In this document: positions 9,960 through 18,880 of the stretch, piece after piece
Layout of the letters: each line of letters starts with the position of its first letter
How positions within the stretch are numbered: position 1 is the stretch's first letter
Notes under the pieces: model-generated
What the model was told of the DNA's origin: nothing
Seen by the model: only the letters and a program-made list of their open reading frames with translations
Database searches by the model: none
Program-made: the position numbers and the translations under genes
Source: Bacteroidia bacterium
GTDB lineage: Bacteria; Bacteroidota; Bacteroidia; UKL13-3
Assembly (NCBI GenBank): GCA_049318585.1
Contig: JBMOGB010000001.1
Coordinates: 1-60,850, forward strand
Direction: 5' to 3'
DNA length: 60,850 nt

Positions 9960-10402
9960 TATTCGTCCTCGTCAGCCTCGTCAGCCTCCTCGTCCTCTTC
10001 ATCGTCATCGTCCTCTTCGTCTTCATCGTCCTCGTCCTCGTCATCTTCGTCGTCATCGTCCTCTTCATCGTCCTCGTCATCTTCATCTTCAAAGTTTGTT
10101 TCATGTTCTAATGCTTCATCGATATTTCCTTCATCTTCTTCATCTTCGTCGTCAACATCTATACCTTTTTGTTTCATATACTCAATATCTTCTTTTGTGA
10201 ATAAAGAATTAAGCTCATTGAGACCGACTTCATTAAAACCATCTGGGTTTTGATCTATTCCGAAAGCAATATCGTCTTCATCATCTTCATTATATTCATC
10301 ATCTTCTAAATCTGCTTTTTTATCTATTAGCAATGCAGACTTTTTATATAATGAAAGTATATAATTATAATTTTGTTTTTTTGCTGTTTCCTTGGTACGC
10401 AT
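9959..10402 (-). CDS. Highly acidic protein with Asp/Glu tract
   Basis: SD AGGAG upstream on the minus strand; the C-terminal ~45 residues are nearly all D/E. Confidence 0.75.
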   Translation of the reverse strand: MRTKETAKKQNYNYILSLYKKSALLIDKKADLEDDEYNEDDEDDIAFGIDQNPDGFNEVGLNELNSLFTKEDIEYMKQKGIDVDDEDEEDEGNIDEALEHETNFEDEDDEDDEEDDDDEDDEDEDDEDEEDDDDEEDEEADEADEDE

Positions 10403-10540
10403 ACAACTCCTATGTTTATATGTACTATATTTGATAGTTTATTTTTATGATAAAAGAATATAATATTTGCAAATCATTTAAACTGTAAAGCATAAATCTT
10501 TGGGAAATAATATTGACACCATAACAAAGGATAAACAAAC

Positions 10541-10975
10541 ATGATTACAGCGGATATTAATGTAAAAAAAATGTCAGAAAATGCAGTTTTGCCAGAATAT
10601 AAAACTAGTGGGGCGAGTGGTATGGATGTCTGTTCTATAAATAATGAGACATTATATCCTGGAGAAGTAAAAGCTATAGATACTGGTTTAGCATTTAATA
10701 TTCCAGAAGGTTTTGAAATTCAAGTAAGACCTCGTTCTGGTTTGGCTTTTAAGAATAGAATAACAGTATTAAATACTCCAGGGACAATAGATTCTGATTA
10801 CACTGGCAATTTAAAAATTATTTTAATAAATCATGGCGAAACATTTTTTATAAATAAAGGAGATAGAATTGCTCAAATAGTAGTTGCTCCAGTTGCAAAA
10901 GCAACTTTGCATTTAGTAACTGAATTAGAAACAACGGTTAGAGGGTCTGGAGGATTTGGTTCAACAGGAGTTTAA
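10541..10975 (+). CDS. dut: dUTPase (trimeric)
   Basis: All five motifs: SGMD, RPRSGLA, PGTIDSDYTG, GDRIAQ, RGSGGFGSTG. Confidence 0.97.
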   Translation: MITADINVKKMSENAVLPEYKTSGASGMDVCSINNETLYPGEVKAIDTGLAFNIPEGFEIQVRPRSGLAFKNRITVLNTPGTIDSDYTGNLKIILINHGETFFINKGDRIAQIVVAPVAKATLHLVTELETTVRGSGGFGSTGV

Positions 10976-11994
10976 TGGACAATAAGTTTAAAATCACAAT
11001 TGCGGTAGTAATGATATGTCTTTTTGCTGTAATGGGTTATACTATAAAGCAACAAAATGATATAATTAAAGCATTAAGTGCTAATGCAGAGCAGCAGAGG
11101 TTTTTAAAAGATGATATTACAGCTGTAAAATCTACTTTATTAACTAGTGCAGACTTAGATAAAAAATTAGCATCTGTAAATATGGACCTTGAAACTTTAA
11201 AAAAAGATCTTAATAAAACTGGTTCAGATGTTTCAGCAATTTTGATTGTTACAAATAAAACTCCAGGGTCAGATAAAAAAGGACAACCAAGTACTGGTTA
11301 CTATCCAATACCAGCAGAGAACCCATCAAAAGATCCTGTAACCCCATCTGGTCCAATAGCTTCTACCTGTGGTCCTGATTGCGCCACAGACACATACGGC
11401 TATTATAATAAAGTTCCTTATTATAGATTATCAGAATCATTGGGAAGTTTATCAGTTCCACTTGGCGAAGTTTCGTTTAATATGAGAGAAGCTAACCCTT
11501 GGAACGAAAAAGTATATGGACGTACATATTCAAGTTCTGTTGTTATTGCAACTGATGCCGCTGGAGTAAAAACCGCATATGCAAAAATGACAATACAACC
11601 AAATGACGGATCAAATAAAACTTATAGCTTACCAGAGACGCAAGTCCAATTTTATGAAAGATTGCCAGAATCTAAATTTTATTTATTAAATCTTAGAGCC
11701 TCTTTTGGTCTAGATCTTGGCTATTCATCAAAACCAGGATTTGTATACGGACCTACTGCTCAAATATTTATATCATCTTATGGTAAGTATAAACATAAGC
11801 CTGATTGGTATATTGCCGGATTGGGAATAAATTATGATATAAATAATTCTGATTATAACTTTGCCTTATCACCATTTGCATATAAAATAACTGGAGATGA
11901 TTCAATGTTTCAAAACATAAATATTGGACCTACCATTGCCATTGACTTGCATGGAAATATTTCTGGGTTTATTGGATTTAAACTATCTCTATAA
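10975..11994 (+). CDS. Membrane-anchored protein: N-terminal TM, coiled coil, beta-rich C-terminus
   Basis: ITIAVVMICLFAVMGYTI hydrophobic helix; amphipathic beta strands ending GFIGFKLSL. Confidence 0.6.
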   Translation: MDNKFKITIAVVMICLFAVMGYTIKQQNDIIKALSANAEQQRFLKDDITAVKSTLLTSADLDKKLASVNMDLETLKKDLNKTGSDVSAILIVTNKTPGSDKKGQPSTGYYPIPAENPSKDPVTPSGPIASTCGPDCATDTYGYYNKVPYYRLSESLGSLSVPLGEVSFNMREANPWNEKVYGRTYSSSVVIATDAAGVKTAYAKMTIQPNDGSNKTYSLPETQVQFYERLPESKFYLLNLRASFGLDLGYSSKPGFVYGPTAQIFISSYGKYKHKPDWYIAGLGINYDINNSDYNFALSPFAYKITGDDSMFQNINIGPTIAIDLHGNISGFIGFKLSL

Positions 11995-12029
11995 TAACTC
12001 TGATATATATTAACTAAAATTAGGACAAA

Positions 12030-12281
12030 ATGCATTGCGAAAATTGTTCAAAGCTAGCTTTTTTTCAAAAACATCATGGGTGTATTAACTGCCCAAGATT
12101 TTGTGCTTATCAAGAAGAAAAATTTTGTAATTATTGCTCTTCTACAAAAAATATTTGCTCTGCTTGTGGGAAATCAATTAAACCAAAAGAAATAATCCAA
12201 CAAGATGCAAGCAACCAAATAGATATAGTTCATCCGTTCTATAAGCCTGGACCTTGTAGAAGCTGTGGAGGAAGATCTTGA
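12030..12281 (+). CDS. Small Cys-rich zinc-binding protein
   Basis: Five CxxC pairs in 83 aa; SD AGGA. Confidence 0.7.
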   Translation: MHCENCSKLAFFQKHHGCINCPRFCAYQEEKFCNYCSSTKNICSACGKSIKPKEIIQQDASNQIDIVHPFYKPGPCRSCGGRS

Positions 12282-12811
12282 TAATTACAGACATAGATAA
12301 ACTTAAAATAAAATCAGAGCTTGTAAAAGAAAATGAAGTAGTTGATATTGTCTCTGCTTTGGATCTTGAACTGGAAGAAATGAATAAGTTTGGGCTTAGT
12401 GGTGTTGGTTTAGCAGCTTCTCAAATTGGCATTTATAAACAAGCAGCTATAATAAGAATTAATAATTTTAAAATTAATTTAATTAATTGTTCTATATCTG
12501 AAGGCTTTGATTTACAACCTTCAAAAGAAGGGTGCTTGTCTATACCTGGACAGACGTGTATAGTTAATAGATGTAATGAAATAATAATTAGAGATAATAT
12601 TCTAGGAAATATAAATAATTTTGTTGCATATGGTTTAGTTGCAGTATGTATTCAACATGAGATAGACCATTTTTTTGGGGTCTTAATGACAGATAAAATA
12701 GTAAAAGCCGAATTTAACTCGGTTGGTGATAATATGCCATGCCCATGTAATAGTGGTCTAAAATATAAAAAGTGTTGTAAAAAAAACAAATTACAAGTGA
12801 GGAAAACATGA
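12278..12811 (+). CDS. def: Peptide deformylase with C-terminal SEC-C motif
   Basis: GVGLAASQIG, EGCLS, QHEIDH; C-terminal CPCNSGLKYKKCC; TTG start overlapping upstream TGA, SD GGAGG. Confidence 0.93.
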   Translation: MIITDIDKLKIKSELVKENEVVDIVSALDLELEEMNKFGLSGVGLAASQIGIYKQAAIIRINNFKINLINCSISEGFDLQPSKEGCLSIPGQTCIVNRCNEIIIRDNILGNINNFVAYGLVAVCIQHEIDHFFGVLMTDKIVKAEFNSVGDNMPCPCNSGLKYKKCCKKNKLQVRKT

Positions 12812-13059
12812 ATTTAAAAGATCAAATAAATTTTATTGCGATTCAAGAACAGGTTGTTAATATGATAATGAAAGTCAACGTTATTGAAAAACTTCTCATT
12901 GAGAAAAAGGTTGTTACTGCTGAAGAATATAATGGAGAATTAGTCTCGGCTGCTACAAAATTGGCTGAACAGCTTAAACCATTATATGAACAAGTAGAGA
13001 AACTACAAGAAACGGTTAAGCTTGCAAATCAAAAAATAAATAAGGAGGATGTGCAGTAA
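12808..13059 (+). CDS. Hypothetical helical protein
   Basis: SD GAGG, ATGA overlap. Confidence 0.65.
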   Translation: MNLKDQINFIAIQEQVVNMIMKVNVIEKLLIEKKVVTAEEYNGELVSAATKLAEQLKPLYEQVEKLQETVKLANQKINKEDVQ

Positions 13060-13074
13060 GCACATTTTTTTAGA

Positions 13075-13377
13075 ATGATAAATGTAACTAGTGAAAGTGA
13101 ATTAAAATTAAATGGTTTGTCGATTATAAAATTTTATATTGATAATTGCGTTCCATGTAAAAGGTTGGATACGATTTTAGATAAAATGGAAAATGAATTT
13201 AAAGTAAATATCTATTCCGCCAAAATAGATGATTTTATAGTTTTTGCAAGAAAACACCAAATAAAAAGTGCTCCAACGCTTTTATTTCTTAGCGAGACTA
13301 AAGAAGTAAACAGAATGGTTGGCTTGGTTAAAACAGAAACATATCGAGATGCTTTCAAGAAATTTTTAAACAAGTGA
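13075..13377 (+). CDS. trxA: Thioredoxin
   Basis: IIKFYIDNCVPCK active site and IKSAPTL cis-Pro loop. Confidence 0.85.
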   Translation: MINVTSESELKLNGLSIIKFYIDNCVPCKRLDTILDKMENEFKVNIYSAKIDDFIVFARKHQIKSAPTLLFLSETKEVNRMVGLVKTETYRDAFKKFLNK

Positions 13378-13410
13378 AAGCTTGATATATATGAAACAAA
13401 GGAGAAAGTT

Positions 13411-13713
13411 ATGAATAAGAAAACACCAGCAGCTTTAAATGAGACACAACAAGGCATATGGGATCACATTAAGAATATGAAAGCGGAGTATTATGCTCTT
13501 AAGGACATGACTGTAGAAAGTATTTGCCTGCCTCTTAATATTGATCCTGTAAGTCTATATTTGGAATTAAAAGGACCAGCAGCATTGCGTTCGGTTGAAG
13601 ATTGCTTGAACTTGGATACCATGAAGGCTTGGTCTGGCAAATCAGTTTCTAAATATGTGGTAGAGCTTAAGGACAGATTTGCTGTCGTATCAAAAAATCC
13701 AGAAGCAAAGTGA
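13411..13713 (+). CDS. Hypothetical protein
   Basis: SD AAGGAG; TGaTATATA upstream at 13383. Confidence 0.7.
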   Translation: MNKKTPAALNETQQGIWDHIKNMKAEYYALKDMTVESICLPLNIDPVSLYLELKGPAALRSVEDCLNLDTMKAWSGKSVSKYVVELKDRFAVVSKNPEAK

Positions 13714-13753
13714 CGGATTATATTCCTAAAATATATTGGGCATAAGATGATAG

Positions 13754-14080
13754 ATGGAACGCAAATTATTTTTGATCCTTGGATGCAATGGAAAAATTGA
13801 TGGAGAATTTGTATCTTGCTCCAAAGTTGAAAATTCAATTCTTGAAATAAAACCAAATCTAGAAAATATAGTGAATATGATTGCTTATTTTAAAGCCCTT
13901 GGGCTTTTTGAAAGGCAAGTAAAAGATTATAACTCTGCAAGAAGAATTATTTTTAATATTCAAGATAAATATTATCAATCCTATAAACCAATTTGGGATA
14001 AAAAATATTTTGATATTCTGGGAAAATTCACAATAAATCATAAAGAATGCGGTTTATATATTTGCATTATGAAAATATAA
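13754..14080 (+). CDS. Hypothetical protein
   Basis: 108-aa co-oriented ORF. Confidence 0.55.
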   Translation: MERKLFLILGCNGKIDGEFVSCSKVENSILEIKPNLENIVNMIAYFKALGLFERQVKDYNSARRIIFNIQDKYYQSYKPIWDKKYFDILGKFTINHKECGLYICIMKI

Positions 14081-14127
14081 ATGCTAATATCTTTGTATTG
14101 TTTTTAGATTATTAATTTGGGTGAAAT

Positions 14128-15648
14128 ATGGCGCAATATAAAATAAGAAAAAGAGCCGGCGCTGCAACCTCGATTGCAGAAGGTGTATCCGAGCGTACTG
14201 GAATTTCAGGCGCAGTAAAACATTTTGGTCTTGAAGCAACAGAAAGCTTTTCAGCAGCTGCATTTAAAGATGCGGCTGAGGAAATAGCAGCAAAAGAAAT
14301 ATTGCCAGTTATAAGACCTGGTGTTGAAAATAAGGTTTTTTTTGAAAACTTATTAGAAAAATCAACACAAACAGAAAGCAAAGAAATTAGCAACGCCCTT
14401 GCAACGTCTTTTAAAACTAAAATTACAGCTGATACCGAAAATAATATTTTAAAAATAGCTAAAGAGATTTGTACGGAATTTGCGAATAATGGAATTAAAT
14501 TAAGTGAGTCTAAAGTAGCTGAAATTGTTGCAGCCCAAAAAGCTAAAGAAATATTAGTAAAATTATCAGAAAATGCTACTGATGAGGCTATTGAAACTGC
14601 AATAAAAGGATTAAGTAACGAGGAAGCTACAATTTTGCAACAAGGAACAAAATATTTAACGGGAGAGGGCACCGACAACGCAACAAAAGAAGCGGCAAAA
14701 AAAATATTTTCGCACATATTGGCTAAAAGTCCTACCTATGAAAGAGCGTTGATTGCCGGATTTAGATCTGCTGTTGTTTGGCCTAAACTTGGAAATTGGC
14801 TTTCCTCGATTGCCCAATTTACAGTTGATCCTATGGGAGCTTTGGCTAAGAAATGCGGTTCAAACGGCATCGTTGGTAAATTTGTTACAAGGCATCCTAC
14901 ATTGCGATTTTTGACTGGAGTGTTTGCTACCACAACAACACTCTCTGTTTTAGTAAATTCATGGAACAGAACAACTAATTTTAATAATATAGAAGTTATT
15001 GTTAAATCAATAAAAGAAAACTTAAGCTCTTATTCTTTTGATGCTCAATGGCCAAAATTCGTAAATGTTATAAGCAGAAGATTAGATGAAGGAGTTTCAA
15101 GATACAATCAAGCACAACTGCAAAAGTTTACTTCTAATGACAACCCTGAAGCTGCAGCTGCTAAAGTTAAAAATAAAATAGAAGGCTCTGCTACTGGTGA
15201 AGAAATATTAAATTTCACTTTTAACCTTTTATTATCTAATGAATTTTCGAATCTTTTTACAAAATTATCACAAGCTGGCGGTACAACAGATAGAGTTATA
15301 GATATAGCGGCTGACGTTTTAGAAAATATGAGTCCAGCTACTCTTAGGAATATAGAAATTGTAAGAGATGCTGCTAGAGCTGGTCTACAGCTTGTAAATG
15401 TAGATAGCAAGCAAATGGAAACACTTATATATGAACTTAATTCTGCTATGACTGCAGATGAAAATAAAGCTGGATCACAGCCAAGTGAAGTAGATGCTTT
15501 GTTTGCAAATGACCCTAATAAGCCTGCAAAAAACCCAGCAGTAAAAAATCAATTTAGTTTACCCCATGATTTTAAGCTTCCAGATACGACCGGGGTTACT
15601 TATATACTTAATAATTTTATAAAAGTAGCAAAAATATTAGGACTATAA
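14128..15648 (+). CDS. Ala-rich helical protein, putative internal virion/ejection protein
   Basis: 506 aa; N-terminal IRKRA motif; C-terminal FIKVAKIL shared with the next gene. Confidence 0.6.
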   Translation: MAQYKIRKRAGAATSIAEGVSERTGISGAVKHFGLEATESFSAAAFKDAAEEIAAKEILPVIRPGVENKVFFENLLEKSTQTESKEISNALATSFKTKITADTENNILKIAKEICTEFANNGIKLSESKVAEIVAAQKAKEILVKLSENATDEAIETAIKGLSNEEATILQQGTKYLTGEGTDNATKEAAKKIFSHILAKSPTYERALIAGFRSAVVWPKLGNWLSSIAQFTVDPMGALAKKCGSNGIVGKFVTRHPTLRFLTGVFATTTTLSVLVNSWNRTTNFNNIEVIVKSIKENLSSYSFDAQWPKFVNVISRRLDEGVSRYNQAQLQKFTSNDNPEAAAAKVKNKIEGSATGEEILNFTFNLLLSNEFSNLFTKLSQAGGTTDRVIDIAADVLENMSPATLRNIEIVRDAARAGLQLVNVDSKQMETLIYELNSAMTADENKAGSQPSEVDALFANDPNKPAKNPAVKNQFSLPHDFKLPDTTGVTYILNNFIKVAKILGL

Positions 15649-15649
15649 T

Positions 15650-16975
15650 ATGAAGAAGCATGCCGAAACGCCATTTGCGTCTACTACGTCTACAGCTCCA
15701 GCTGTTCCTCCAGCTCCAGCTGTTCCTCCAGCTCCAGCTACACCTGTTGCTCAAACGCCAGGAGAAGACCCAAACGTAGCTGGAAAAGCAATTGTAAACC
15801 AAGATGAATTAGGAGCTTTAAATAAATTAAAACATGATTGGCACGTTTTACTTACTACAACTATAACTGCAGCAACTTATATTTTAGATATACCTGTAGT
15901 TAAGGCTCATACAACTGCCCCAATATGGGGGGGTGCAAGATTATTAGCATCTAAAGTTTGGGCTGCTGTTACAGGCAAAGCAACGGCAGAAGCGGCAAAA
16001 GAGACTGCTGTAGTAGTAGGAACAAAAACTGTTGGACTAACTCTTGGAACATTTTTTACTTGCGTCACATCATTTATAGACGGTTTTCAAATAGGTAGTG
16101 CCATAGCTCCATATGTGTTTGGCGATATGAAAAATTATGTAACAATGTCAACTGCTTTGCTTAAATTACTTGATAGTGAGACTGAATCATCTAGTTGGAA
16201 TAATCTTTCAATTTCAGCTCCAAAGCCTTATTTGGCAGATCAAGATAAAACTACGTATGAGACATTTAATGAGATATCTAATGCCGTAGTACCTGCCACC
16301 AGAGTTTTGGATGAGGGGGCGCGTCAAATGGGTATTAACCCAGACCCAGATAAAAGGAGTTCACTAAAAATTAAAAACTATAAAAAAGCAGATGATGATT
16401 TATCCACGATGAAAGAAAAAGCTTTAATTGAAGAGATGGGAAGATATAGGCTTGCAATATCAATGAGTTCGTATGGACTAGCTAAGTCACAAGAAAAACA
16501 TTTCGGTGGTGGTATGAAAGTATTATCAGCTCCTACGCCACCATTAAAAGACCCAGAAGCAACACAAAAACATGTTATTTTAATTCAGAGAGCGATGAAA
16601 GATATACAAGCCTGTGTAGATGCTTGCGATGCGCTTGCTTCAGAACCATTTAGACTAAGATATTTAGAAGTACATTATGCAAAAGACTTTAATGTTAGTT
16701 TCGGACCAGTTAAAAATCTGGAACTTAATCCATTGGCAAGAAGTTTGGGAGACATGCGAAAATTTGCAGAAAATATATCTGAAGAACTAAAAAAAGCAGC
16801 TGGTAATTCTGTTGATTATATTATTAAAGCGCAAGTTTGTTCTGAAGAATTATTAAAGGGTATTGATGAAATGCTAGAAGCTGGATTAGCTCCCGCTATA
16901 AAAAAAGAACAATCGTATATTATTAAACAATATATTAAAGTTGCAAAAATATTGTCGATATATAATAAAGCTTAG
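15650..16975 (+). CDS. Ala-rich protein, putative internal virion/ejection protein
   Basis: 441 aa; Pro/Ala repeat, hydrophobic segment near residues 125-155, C-terminal YIKVAKIL. Confidence 0.6.
   Translation: MKKHAETPFASTTSTAPAVPPAPAVPPAPATPVAQTPGEDPNVAGKAIVNQDELGALNKLKHDWHVLLTTTITAATYILDIPVVKAHTTAPIWGGARLLASKVWAAVTGKATAEAAKETAVVVGTKTVGLTLGTFFTCVTSFIDGFQIGSAIAPYVFGDMKNYVTMSTALLKLLDSETESSSWNNLSISAPKPYLADQDKTTYETFNEISNAVVPATRVLDEGARQMGINPDPDKRSSLKIKNYKKADDDLSTMKEKALIEEMGRYRLAISMSSYGLAKSQEKHFGGGMKVLSAPTPPLKDPEATQKHVILIQRAMKDIQACVDACDALASEPFRLRYLEVHYAKDFNVSFGPVKNLELNPLARSLGDMRKFAENISEELKKAAGNSVDYIIKAQVCSEELLKGIDEMLEAGLAPAIKKEQSYIIKQYIKVAKILSIYNKA
15695..15740 (+). repeat. 18-bp coding tandem repeat gctccagctgttcctcca (APAVPP) x2.5
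   Basis: Read directly. Confidence 0.85.
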
Positions 16976-16984
16976 AGGACAACA

Positions 16985-17566
16985 ATGAAAACAATTTCAA
17001 ATAAAATTTTATTAAGATTAGCTGCTCAGGCAAATGAAGCAGACATATATGGCGATATTAGAACTGCTGATAATCTTACTTCTCAGATAGAAAAATATTC
17101 ACAATCAAAAGTAAGATCAAATGATGAAGATTATGAATATGCAAAAGAAGAACTTGTTGAAGATTTGGAAAAAATATTATGGGAAGGAGCAACAAGAATT
17201 TTTGATTATTATGATGAAACGCCAGATGCAAAACAAATACAAGAAATTATAGATTCTGAAGTTGAAAGTTTCCTTGAGTCAATAGAAAATTTAATCCATA
17301 AAGATATTGGACCAAATGAACCAGAAGTGCCAGGAGAAGAGGACCCAGAGCTAGAAGATGACAATGTAGTGGAAGAAGATTCTGAAAAAATATTTAGCAT
17401 TCCAGAAGACGATGCCGATGCCGATGACGATGATGACGAGGAAGATGCTGGTGACGAAGATGATACTGACGAAGACGAAGATGATGATGATGATGATGAT
17501 GACGACGAAGATGATGATGATGACGAAGGTGATGAAGACGATGATGATGATGATGATGATGAATAA
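16985..17566 (+). CDS. Protein with long acidic C-terminal tract
   Basis: SD GAGG; last ~53 residues almost all D/E. Confidence 0.8.
   Translation: MKTISNKILLRLAAQANEADIYGDIRTADNLTSQIEKYSQSKVRSNDEDYEYAKEELVEDLEKILWEGATRIFDYYDETPDAKQIQEIIDSEVESFLESIENLIHKDIGPNEPEVPGEEDPELEDDNVVEEDSEKIFSIPEDDADADDDDDEEDAGDEDDTDEDEDDDDDDDDDEDDDDDEGDEDDDDDDDDE
17404..17563 (+). repeat. (GAY/GAR)n low-complexity tract with (GAT)n runs encoding poly-Asp/Glu
   Basis: Read directly. Confidence 0.85.
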
Positions 17567-17574
17567 GGTGATAT

Positions 17575-18081
17575 ATGGCAAGAATTAATCAATTTTTAAA
17601 CGAAAACGCTAATGAAAGTAATAAAGACGATGCTTTTGAATTTAACGATGAAGTTGAGATAAAGTCAAATAAAACTTTAAAAATAAATAATTCAAAGTCT
17701 TCAGTTCCGCAACAAAACATTCAAACACCAAATATTAATAATAATATTTCAAAAATTTTAGAAAGCGAAGAGGAACAGAAGAAAATTGCTTTTACATTAA
17801 CAACCAAATTGCTTTCAATGATGAGAGACAAGACTCTTGATGAAAACAAAGATAAAATATCAAGAGATGAAGAAAAGAAAGTTATTTCAGAATATGTAAA
17901 CTTTGCCAGGCTAATAAATTCAGATCCTTCTAAAGAAGAATCTCTAGGCACACTTAGTTTAGTAACCGCAATGACGAGATGTGTTCTAGTTCAAAGAGAT
18001 AGAATTAATGAACTAGAATATGAATCACAAAAATTAAGGAAAGCGGTTGAAAAGCTTCTAGTAAAAGAAGCAAGTAAATGA
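17575..18081 (+). CDS. Hypothetical protein
   Basis: SD AAGGTG; C-terminal coiled coil QRDRINELEY. Confidence 0.75.
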   Translation: MARINQFLNENANESNKDDAFEFNDEVEIKSNKTLKINNSKSSVPQQNIQTPNINNNISKILESEEEQKKIAFTLTTKLLSMMRDKTLDENKDKISRDEEKKVISEYVNFARLINSDPSKEESLGTLSLVTAMTRCVLVQRDRINELEYESQKLRKAVEKLLVKEASK

Positions 18082-18124
18082 CAAGTCTTTATAACCGCAC
18101 ACATACAATAATTGATTAGATATT

Positions 18125-18346
18125 ATGGACAAAGAAATAATCATACAGTTATCTTATTTGTTTGAATTAATCAACGAAGAAAAAGAAAAATATCAAAATT
18201 ATTGTAAATTATGCAAATATTATCAAATTCAGATAGACCCAATGGTGGAAAGAGTATATTCAACGCGATTGAATCTTCTCCAGACGTTGTACAATGGGGG
18301 TGGGACGACAAGAGTTCAACCCCAGAAGGACAGCAATCAATTATAG
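18125..18346 (+). CDS. Small hypothetical protein overlapping the primase ZBD gene
   Basis: 73 aa; overlaps the next ORF by 136 nt in another frame. Confidence 0.5.
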   Translation: MDKEIIIQLSYLFELINEEKEKYQNYCKLCKYYQIQIDPMVERVYSTRLNLLQTLYNGGGTTRVQPQKDSNQL

Positions 18347-18879
18347 CTGAAGCAAATAAATCAATAAGTTTAATTGATTATTTATATCCAAAATTACAAA
18401 TTGATGATGTAAGGTCTTCTTCTGGGTGGTCATATAGATCAACTTGTCCTTTCCATAAACATGGGCATGAAAGGACTCCATCATTTTTTATAAATGCCGA
18501 GCAGAATAGATATTATTGTCAAGCGTGTGGCGCTTCTGGAGGGATTGTTGAATATATTTCAATTACTTTTAAACGACCAACTATCTTAGTAGCAGAACAT
18601 ATACTAAGATGCATTAATAAAGACTTTCAATCTGAAAGTATAAGCACTAAAAAAATCAATGATAAAAAGAAATTTCAAGCTTCTTTTATAAAATTATCGG
18701 ATATTTATAGAGATTTTATAAAAAAATATATTGATGATGATGACGCAATTAATTATATTAATAAATGTTTTTCTGGAATTGATTCCGTTATAGAAGCAAA
18801 TCCAGAAGGCTTTGAAAAATCAATAAACGAGATAATTATCCATATTGAAAAATATCTAACAAGATATCAGGAAAGATAA
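18211..18879 (+). CDS. Stand-alone CHC2 zinc-binding domain of DNA primase (start uncertain)
   Basis: CPFHKHGHERTPSF...YYCQACGASGGIVEYI; no TOPRIM domain follows. Confidence 0.85.
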   Translation: MQILSNSDRPNGGKSIFNAIESSPDVVQWGWDDKSSTPEGQQSIIAEANKSISLIDYLYPKLQIDDVRSSSGWSYRSTCPFHKHGHERTPSFFINAEQNRYYCQACGASGGIVEYISITFKRPTILVAEHILRCINKDFQSESISTKKINDKKKFQASFIKLSDIYRDFIKKYIDDDDAINYINKCFSGIDSVIEANPEGFEKSINEIIIHIEKYLTRYQER

Positions 18880-18880
18880 T

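Noticed and set aside
9776-10253. Plus-strand poly-Ser and hydrophobic ORFs (9776..10111, 9936..10253)
   Set aside because: Shadow frames of the minus-strand acidic gene, which has an SD and a coupled partner
14112-15410. Minus-strand ORFs inside 14128..15648
   Set aside because: Antisense shadows of an Ala-rich gene with no independent motifs
17209-17592. Minus-strand poly-Ser and poly-Ile ORFs
   Set aside because: Antisense shadows of the (GAT)n tract in 16985..17566
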